Below, one piece after another: positions 57,948 to 64,000 of a stretch of 64,000 nt of DNA. The stretch is from a virus: the IMG/VR virus record IMGVR_UViG_3300045988_128133, one strand, 5' to 3'. Below the pieces are notes generated by a model. That model made no database searches, had not been told where the DNA came from, and worked only from the letters and a program-made list of their open reading frames with translations. Position 1 is the first letter of the stretch, and each line of letters starts with the position of its first letter. The position numbers and the translations under genes were made by a program.

Positions 57948-58514
57948 TTACCAGGTGGTCATAACAGACACATTATGTCCCTGCCAGTGGTGATATTTAA
58001 CCGCCCGGCCCTGCTCATCCCGCTCTATCACGGATATATGGGTTCCATGGGTGTTGGTTAGCATATCCAAATCGGAGACCTTGAGTTTATCGAACCCCTT
58101 GATGCAGGTGCCACCGACAAAGATAAGGCATTGAGTATAAACATCATCCACTTTTGTGGGACGTTCGGGGGAGTCGCAGGATGAGAGGCATACCACGGCA
58201 ATCAGACCCGCCACGAGGGCCAGAACCAGTGTGAGAATCCTATGGGTTAAATGCTTCATATATTTTCGTTGTCTTCTCCGTTTGAGTTTAAGCTGTTTCT
58301 TAATTCTTTTCCGATTGTTCTTTACCAGACAACGTATGTTGTCGGGCAGAGGTTTAAGGGAAGAGCGCATCCTTTCCAGTTCATAGAAAAACAGGAGGAC
58401 ATACCCGCAGGTAGCGCATACTATTTGTGGATTGGAACCATCAGTAACCTGATAGGGGCCTCCGCAAACAGGGCATACCGGAGTATTAGGCGAGGATGAT
58501 TTTGGACTTGGCAT
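57948..58514 (-). CDS. zinc-ribbon / basic linker / TM protein (anti-sigma-like topology). Alternatively two genes, with an internal lipoprotein-like start MKHLTH...LSSC at 58259
   Basis: N-terminal CPVCGG...CATCGY, Lys/Arg-rich stretch, then hydrophobic LTLVLALVAGLIAVVCLSSC with a lipobox-like LSSC. Confidence 0.4.
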   Translation of the reverse strand: MPSPKSSSPNTPVCPVCGGPYQVTDGSNPQIVCATCGYVLLFFYELERMRSSLKPLPDNIRCLVKNNRKRIKKQLKLKRRRQRKYMKHLTHRILTLVLALVAGLIAVVCLSSCDSPERPTKVDDVYTQCLIFVGGTCIKGFDKLKVSDLDMLTNTHGTHISVIERDEQGRAVKYHHWQGHNVSVMTTW

Positions 58515-59133
58515 CTTCTACTTGCTGTTGCAGAACTTCTTTACTGATGAAGGAGTATTTGGAAAGCCTCAACAGCTTCATGCTTACGACGTTGGACAGT
58601 ACGGTGAAATACCTGAACGCGTTAATCTTTCCTTCACCCTCACCCACGAGGTCAGGCTTGTTCAGGGTGGTGTAGGAAATGAGCATATGCACTGCCATGA
58701 CCATGATAATGGCACGAACCATTGTGTTCGTATCAGTGTACATAGCGCATGCCTGTCCCGCATTCTCAATCTCCTGCGTGAACATGATAGAATCCCGGAG
58801 GTTGGACACCAGTTCAATAGCCTTCTCCAGCATGAACTTGACACCATGAGTTGTGGGAAGTTCTATACCTGGGAAAATAGAAGCCGCATGTTCCCCAATC
58901 TCCGTAGCCTTTTCAGCCACGGCTTCCGCGGATGCATCGGGTGCCAGACCGAAGGTGGGAATGGATTCCCAGGCCAGTTCCATTTCCTCTTTGAGCTTAA
59001 TGGATTCCGGTTCCTTCAACAGGGCGGCCACTGCTTCTTCAACTGCGTCGAGCTTGATTTCTTTAGTAGATTCGTTCATTTGTGTAGGTTGGTTAATGGG
59101 TTTAAATGATACCGTGGGTTCCGTGGATGTCAA
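58486..59133 (-). CDS. hypothetical protein with internal TM segment
   Basis: 215-aa ORF with a TTG start. Its N-terminal STEPTV is encoded by the dispersed motif. Confidence 0.4.
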   Translation of the reverse strand: MTSTEPTVSFKPINQPTQMNESTKEIKLDAVEEAVAALLKEPESIKLKEEMELAWESIPTFGLAPDASAEAVAEKATEIGEHAASIFPGIELPTTHGVKFMLEKAIELVSNLRDSIMFTQEIENAGQACAMYTDTNTMVRAIIMVMAVHMLISYTTLNKPDLVGEGEGKINAFRYFTVLSNVVSMKLLRLSKYSFISKEVLQQQVEDAKSKIILA

Positions 59134-59612
59134 TGAAAATCATCGAACATTTTAGGGACACAGGAAACTGCATTACAGATGGAAAACCGGGGGATAGATG
59201 CACCCGAAGGGGCCTCAATCTCCAGCTGGTTCTCAACCTGGGAGAGCAGAGCTAAAACATCCTTGCAGAATATCTGCTCCTTCCCCGATTCAATATTTTT
59301 ACAGCGGTACTGGAGAGTGTCTGCGATAAAGGATGAAATTACAACGTAGTCCCTACATGGGCACGAATCCAGCGAACAATATCCAATGTATCGAACTACA
59401 TCCCCCACTTGCAGTTCGCGGTCGGGATAATAAAACATCGGCGTAAGGTCTAGAGGATTAGCCAGAATCGGTTTCGTGTTCGAGGCCTTCAACAGCTTAA
59501 TCAGGTAGTTCCGGTCCTGTGCAAGAACCACTCCGGGGGTTATCCCATCAAAGAGAACGTGGTCTCCGATTACTGGATGTCTTAACTGGTCGAGAAGTAT
59601 GTTAATGGTCAT
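59130..59612 (-). CDS. hypothetical protein
   Basis: 160-aa ORF. Confidence 0.45.
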   Translation of the reverse strand: MTINILLDQLRHPVIGDHVLFDGITPGVVLAQDRNYLIKLLKASNTKPILANPLDLTPMFYYPDRELQVGDVVRYIGYCSLDSCPCRDYVVISSFIADTLQYRCKNIESGKEQIFCKDVLALLSQVENQLEIEAPSGASIPRFSICNAVSCVPKMFDDFH

Positions 59613-59758
59613 TGTTTCTGATTGGTTTTATAATTTCTTTCGTCGTCAAAGCGTTTCCATTCTTCCTTGTACTGGTGGTAGGCATCCCACAGGATGATGA
59701 AGACGCACAGAGATAGGATGAAGGAAAAAATGATACCAAGATATAACAGAATTTGCAT
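59609..59758 (-). CDS. small single-TM protein (49 aa)
   Basis: ATG ORF (MQILLYLGIIFSFILSLCVFIILW...) absent from the track. Its stop overlaps the start of the next gene (ATGA). Confidence 0.3.
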   Translation of the reverse strand: MQILLYLGIIFSFILSLCVFIILWDAYHQYKEEWKRFDDERNYKTNQKQ

Positions 59759-59792
59759 AGAACTTATTAGTAGCGTTATATGAGGGTTCTAG

Positions 59793-60359
59793 TTAGGCGC
59801 GGGTGTTGTCCTGAAGAGAACCACCAAGGATGAGACTTTCTATATCCAGCGGGTGTGCCGGGTCGAGGCTGATAGCTAAAGCGTCCACGTTAAAATCTAC
59901 CAACGTTTCCCCGTAGGGTTCAATGTCCGCGGGCCTGTATTTAACCTCACGGGTCAGGGCCGGGCGAGCCTTGAATAGTGCGGAGAAGAGGTTCGTAGAG
60001 TAGCGTACTGCATTGAAGCCCATTTGATATGGCGTGTAGAAGAGTGTCGCATAGTAGTGTTCTTGTCCGCGCTTAATTATGGGAGTGTTTAGCCGCATAA
60101 TCTGAACACATCTCCGGTCATGGTCGTTGCGGTAGGTGGCCGTCAGGGTTACTTGCTTTTTCTGCCACCAGGCGGGACCAAGCCCGAAGCCTTCCAGTTC
60201 AATGACATTTGGAGTCACTGGCTTCCGGGGAATAACTATCTGGGTCGGCTCATCTACCATAAACAGAAGACCTTTCGGAAGTCCTTCGTAAACCGTCGGG
60301 TTCTTCTTCACGTAGTCAGCGAGAAGCCAAATCTGCTGGGCGAGTGCGATTGATTTCAT
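59793..60359 (-). CDS. hypothetical protein
   Basis: 188-aa ORF. Confidence 0.45.
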   Translation of the reverse strand: MKSIALAQQIWLLADYVKKNPTVYEGLPKGLLFMVDEPTQIVIPRKPVTPNVIELEGFGLGPAWWQKKQVTLTATYRNDHDRRCVQIMRLNTPIIKRGQEHYYATLFYTPYQMGFNAVRYSTNLFSALFKARPALTREVKYRPADIEPYGETLVDFNVDALAISLDPAHPLDIESLILGGSLQDNTRA

Positions 60360-60396
60360 TATCTTATTGATTAGTAGGGTTATATGAGGGTTCTAG

Positions 60397-60744
60397 TTAG
60401 AGAATAGGTGGGTTAATTCCGAAGTCCTTCATCCAGCGGGCCAGTACTGCGGCCTGGCTGATATGTTTACGCATGCGCTTCCTGCATATGTTGGTTGCAA
60501 TCTCAATCAGGAAGGAGGGAAGGAACCAAACCAAGATGAGAGCGCACCATACATGGAAACCCAGGTCAAACTTTCCAACCACACCCGCAACAAGCATGGC
60601 GGTGGAGAGAAGGAATCCCACAACAGTGGTTGCAATCGTAGATTTTTCGAGCAAGTCCCATGCGGTGTGGTACCTATCCGCAAGGCCCATGTGCTTCAAA
60701 TACTGGGCACGGGTATTAAGCACGGCTTCCTTAAACGTGTTCAT
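60397..60744 (-). CDS. membrane protein (2-3 TM)
   Basis: The hydrophobic helices are VVGFLLSTAMLVAGVV and VWCALILVWFLPSFLI. Confidence 0.45.
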   Translation of the reverse strand: MNTFKEAVLNTRAQYLKHMGLADRYHTAWDLLEKSTIATTVVGFLLSTAMLVAGVVGKFDLGFHVWCALILVWFLPSFLIEIATNICRKRMRKHISQAAVLARWMKDFGINPPIL

Positions 60745-60767
60745 AGCGTTCTATGAGGGTTCTAGAA

Positions 60768-61376
60768 TTAACGGAAAACTACCTTAATTTCAGTCACATC
60801 TGAATCACCCTTCTTCTCAACCACCGTGCTAAACTTCACCATGCAGGGGAGGAACATCTTTTCGGCCATGCGGCGAGCCTTAATAGAGTTCAGCTTCTGA
60901 GCCTGTGGTTCGTCGGCGTTCAGTACCCTGAATTTCATGTAGGTCAGGCTTTGGTCTACCATGAAGTCAACGGCTTGAATCTCATTTGCAATTCTGAATG
61001 CCACATCCTGCCAGTTCTGGGTTATCACCTCCATGAAGGTACGTGCCCACTGCACGGCATCCTTGAGTGACAGGGAAGCCACTTCCAAAATCGTCAGCAC
61101 CTGCCCATTCCACTTCATCTTGTGAATACGGGTAATGTACGAAGTAAGGGAAATGCGTTGCAGTTCAACGGCATAAGGTCTCCGATACGGTTTGATGAAT
61201 ACCGAGCCTTCACCATTCCAAAGTTCCGGCTTCTCAATGCGTACAGACTCTTCATCCTTATGTAGGAGCAGGGTGTTAGGCTGAATTTTATTTACATAGG
61301 TGGTCAATCTAATCCATTCAGGGCGAGAAAGTTCTTCACGGCTCTTGCATTCAGTATTTACGAAAAAGGCTTTCAT
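60768..61376 (-). CDS. hypothetical protein
   Basis: 202-aa ORF. Confidence 0.45.
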   Translation of the reverse strand: MKAFFVNTECKSREELSRPEWIRLTTYVNKIQPNTLLLHKDEESVRIEKPELWNGEGSVFIKPYRRPYAVELQRISLTSYITRIHKMKWNGQVLTILEVASLSLKDAVQWARTFMEVITQNWQDVAFRIANEIQAVDFMVDQSLTYMKFRVLNADEPQAQKLNSIKARRMAEKMFLPCMVKFSTVVEKKGDSDVTEIKVVFR

Positions 61377-61478
61377 GATTTATAGCGTTCTATGAGGTTT
61401 CTAGTATTTTGGTTGATGTTAATTTAGGTTAATTATCTTTTTTCTTTTGGATTGTTAGGGTAGCCTAATTTGTTAGTT

Positions 61479-62555
61479 CTATCTAAGGGAAGAAGTATCA
61501 AGCACCGGGTGCACTGGGTTAGTCTCCGAGTTGACAAGATAGGAAGAATGGGAAGACATGAGGACGTGAAGCCGTTGATGCACCGCCTGATAGTGGCGGT
61601 GAGCATCTAACCATTCCGTCAAGAGACTGCGTAGGTACCGCTCACTTTTAGCACTAGTCAAAGCCGCTTCCACCTTTTCAAGCTCGCTTTTAATACGGTT
61701 CTCCTGCTCTTTCAAGACTTGCGCCAATTCCGCTTGCGCCCCTTCATCCAGTCGGAAGCTGACGGAACCACGGCATACATTGAAGGCACTTGCAGGGAAA
61801 GAAATAAGCTCAATAGCTTCCGCATCCGTTGAACAGTCTTCGCACCTTACCCAGACTTGCACGGCTAATCTCTCCATATCCACAAGAACATCAAGGCCAT
61901 GTTTGTCATGCAGATTGCGAAGGGCCTCAATTTCGCCGGACGCACGGTTGAATAAATGTTCAGCAAGGTAGGGTGTGAAGCGATACCCTGCTAATGCCTT
62001 CAAATCAAGGCGTAATGCGGTCAGGAGATACTGGGAAACTGTCAAAGCTATCCGGCGATTGATTAGATAAGACTGTGTGCGCTTGATATCATGGAGAATA
62101 GACCACGCCGCATTGTGACATGCGGCCCCTTCATCAGGAGAGAGCAGGGGAAGAAAAGTACTCATGGCTCCAGCGCAAGCATTATCCACCTGCTTTAAAT
62201 GGTTGTCTATTTGGTCATACCCGTTCACGCTCAAGAAGTTGAACAGGTTTGCATGGGGAGAAGCGGCTAAAGTTTTTCCGTTGGTAATATGAACTCCGTA
62301 CGTTGGCATGAAATGGGAGGTTGCCAGCGTTACGCCGTTTCTCCGGCGCATTTGCGCCCCTTCTGCGTCATACGTCCAATTATAATCTGCATAGTTTATC
62401 CCATTGAACAGGAAAGCTTTCTGGATATCGTCCGGTTCCGGGTTGTCCAAATATTTCACAGGTCGAAGGCAATCCAAATCACCGCAGAATTGAATGAGAG
62501 AAAGGGTGTTGTCCTTGAAACTCTTGACAAGTTTAGTTGCGGAAATGTTTGTCAT
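61479..62555 (-). CDS. hypothetical protein
   Basis: 358-aa ORF. Confidence 0.45.
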   Translation of the reverse strand: MTNISATKLVKSFKDNTLSLIQFCGDLDCLRPVKYLDNPEPDDIQKAFLFNGINYADYNWTYDAEGAQMRRRNGVTLATSHFMPTYGVHITNGKTLAASPHANLFNFLSVNGYDQIDNHLKQVDNACAGAMSTFLPLLSPDEGAACHNAAWSILHDIKRTQSYLINRRIALTVSQYLLTALRLDLKALAGYRFTPYLAEHLFNRASGEIEALRNLHDKHGLDVLVDMERLAVQVWVRCEDCSTDAEAIELISFPASAFNVCRGSVSFRLDEGAQAELAQVLKEQENRIKSELEKVEAALTSAKSERYLRSLLTEWLDAHRHYQAVHQRLHVLMSSHSSYLVNSETNPVHPVLDTSSLR

Positions 62556-62590
62556 ACTTAAATAATTGCTTAGGGTTAATGAGTTAGGAA

Positions 62591-63391
62591 TTAGCGGTTG
62601 TACTTAGGAAGGGCGGCGTTGTAGTCCGTGCGCTTGTAGTGATATGTTTTCGGTGACGTAATGGACGCAATAAGGGCATCCTGCTTCACCAGTTCACGCT
62701 TTACTTTAATTGTAGATTGCACAATCTTTCGCAAGATGCTTTCTTTCTGCATGTTGTGGAGAGATGTAAGAGCACTTTCCGCCTTAGATTCCAGATATTC
62801 CACAGTTGCGTTTAGCTTGTCAATCACGGGTTGCATGTCATCTACGCTAACAATGCGCCCAGTTTCCGGACTCACTAACACCTTAAAATCCAACGGGAAA
62901 GAAATATGTTCCTCCAATCCTAGGCTTCCGTGGAATCGGAGGCAATGCAAATCGTAATTGCTGAAATCTACATAGCCTTTAATTGTACGGAGAGTCTCTT
63001 TTTTCCGGGCATCATCCAAAGAGTCGGAGAAGCAAGCCTTTATGGCATTGTCCAACCGGGCGTTGTAGACCTTACCCGCAAAACTGGGAAGCTTAGCAAT
63101 TAGCCGCCTGATGAAGTCAATGGAGATATTGGCGGCGTAATAATAATTAAAAAGTTTCACTCGTGTAACATTCAAATCATCCAAAAAGGTACGGATTGAT
63201 GCACCCAGTTCCCGCCAGTCATCTTTACCGAGGCCTTCCCCCGGTTCACCGTTGAACTGGTTCCAGACTTCTTCCCGAACCGTTTTAATAGCGGCATCAC
63301 TTTTCGTCATGTATGCAATCGTTTCGTTATGTGTGGTATATTTCATTTTCTTATTCTTTCTATTGGTTTTGTTAATATCCTTAAATATCAA
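62591..63391 (-). CDS. hypothetical protein
   Basis: 266-aa ORF. Confidence 0.45.
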   Translation of the reverse strand: MIFKDINKTNRKNKKMKYTTHNETIAYMTKSDAAIKTVREEVWNQFNGEPGEGLGKDDWRELGASIRTFLDDLNVTRVKLFNYYYAANISIDFIRRLIAKLPSFAGKVYNARLDNAIKACFSDSLDDARKKETLRTIKGYVDFSNYDLHCLRFHGSLGLEEHISFPLDFKVLVSPETGRIVSVDDMQPVIDKLNATVEYLESKAESALTSLHNMQKESILRKIVQSTIKVKRELVKQDALIASITSPKTYHYKRTDYNAALPKYNR

Positions 63392-63939
63392 TCAATTATG
63401 CGTAACACCCTTGCTTCTGCGTCATCCGTACTGGGTGCCATATAACGCCCGCAACCGTCAAAAGTTTCCGTTGCGGATGCGTCCATGAAATTAGTATGGA
63501 CGTAATAGCTAAGATAAGGGCGGCCGTGCTTCGCATAATTCCACCCTACGGGAGCATATTCATCATTCCAACGCATATCTGCAACACGCTTAAAACCTGC
63601 GTTTTTATATATTTTCGATAAATGGGGCGTATCGAGGCACATCAGCCACCCGGCACCGTGAGCAACCGCATCACAGACTAGCCCGCTTCCGAGTATGATA
63701 CTTTTCGGAGACTTAATGAGAGATACTAGCTCAAGATTTTCCGTGATTGCATAAACTGCAACCGGGTTTGACGGTGTGCCTATCAAGTGGCAGTGCGCTT
63801 TCTTTTGGACATACCAGCTTTCTTCATGCACATCCACCGCGCCGCGCGTTCCTTCGTCAATCTTATTACGCAATTTATGCGCGGCGGTCAGCCATTCATT
63901 AAGGTCTTCGGTTTCGGCGTTGTAGCAATATCTATTCAT
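63388..63939 (-). CDS. hypothetical protein
   Basis: 183-aa ORF overlapping the downstream start. Confidence 0.45.
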   Translation of the reverse strand: MNRYCYNAETEDLNEWLTAAHKLRNKIDEGTRGAVDVHEESWYVQKKAHCHLIGTPSNPVAVYAITENLELVSLIKSPKSIILGSGLVCDAVAHGAGWLMCLDTPHLSKIYKNAGFKRVADMRWNDEYAPVGWNYAKHGRPYLSYYVHTNFMDASATETFDGCGRYMAPSTDDAEARVLRIID

Positions 63940-64000
63940 AATCTATTGTCTTTCTATTGTTCGGTTGTTTTGTTCACCGCCCCTTATTGGCGGCTGATGT

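Larger units (their letters stand above)
59771..61404 (-). promoter_or_regulatory. four copies of a 22-bp junction element (minus-sense CTAGAACCCTCATA[TG]AAC[GC]CTA) at consecutive stop/start boundaries
   Basis: + strand copies are TAGCGTTATATGAGGGTTCTAG (59771-59792), TAGGGTTATATGAGGGTTCTAG (60375-60396), TAGCGTTCTATGAGGGTTCTAG (60745-60766) and TAGCGTTCTATGAGGTTTCTAG (61383-61404). Confidence 0.6.

Noticed and set aside
59130-59612. ORF 59130..59612 as dCTP deaminase/dUTPase-like
   Set aside because: No dUTPase motif (GxRxSGxxxxG-type or motif 3) could be aligned with confidence.
62520-62555. TTGACA hexamer at 62527-62532 on the + strand
   Set aside because: It lies inside the 5' end of the - strand ORF 61479..62555 with no + strand gene downstream, so it is most likely a chance hexamer.
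1-64000. CRISPR arrays, tRNA/tmRNA genes, rRNA, integrase or attachment sites
   Set aside because: No regularly spaced direct repeats with unique spacers. No sequence with tRNA T-arm/anticodon architecture found in intergenic gaps. No tyrosine or serine recombinase motifs in any ORF.
1-64000. Stop-codon reassignment (TAG or TGA recoding) as in some large gut phages
   Set aside because: Long genes (3199-aa, 959-aa, 954-aa, portal, TerL) are uninterrupted in the standard code on both arms. No in-frame stop-punctuated gene fragments were observed.

Overview
This 64-kb window is a contiguous piece of a large tailed dsDNA bacteriophage genome, either lytic-phage-like or a prophage interior. No integrase, rRNA, tRNA or CRISPR array is visible. 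Genes are tightly packed in two convergent blocks: a + strand block (1-53.5 kb) and a - strand block (53.7-64 kb). They meet at a 12-bp-stem bidirectional terminator near 53.63 kb.

The + block holds a replication and recombination module. It contains an AEP-primase/SF3-helicase fusion, a family-A DNA polymerase with 3'-5' exo motifs, an SNF2-like SF2 helicase, a Cas4/RecB-like PD-(D/E)XK nuclease and a RuvC-like resolvase. Next comes packaging and head: large terminase, portal, an acidic-repeat scaffold and the major capsid protein. Then come structural and fiber proteins, then an accessory island (26.2-31.7 kb) of small zinc-ribbon and beta-barrel paralogs with two HTH regulators, then further structural genes. 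The block ends with a GH108-like endolysin, a 959-aa fiber and a 3199-aa giant protein carrying a HEAIH zincin motif.

The - block encodes ThyX, an NAD-dependent DNA ligase and many small or membrane proteins.

Transcription signals are sigma70-like (TTGACA-N16-18-TAnnnT), each paired with a rho-independent terminator. Most genes have no Shine-Dalgarno sequence.

The most unusual signals are these:
- A strand-asymmetric, tandem 9-nt motif family (core CCRYGGAAY, for example GGAATCCACGGAATCCACGG) is embedded in more than 30 places inside unrelated ORFs, in all reading frames. Its orientation flips with transcription direction.
- A conserved 22-bp element sits at four consecutive stop/start junctions of the - block. 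It has a T3/T7-promoter-like AACCCTCA core.
- There are several recent tandem duplications and paralog expansions.
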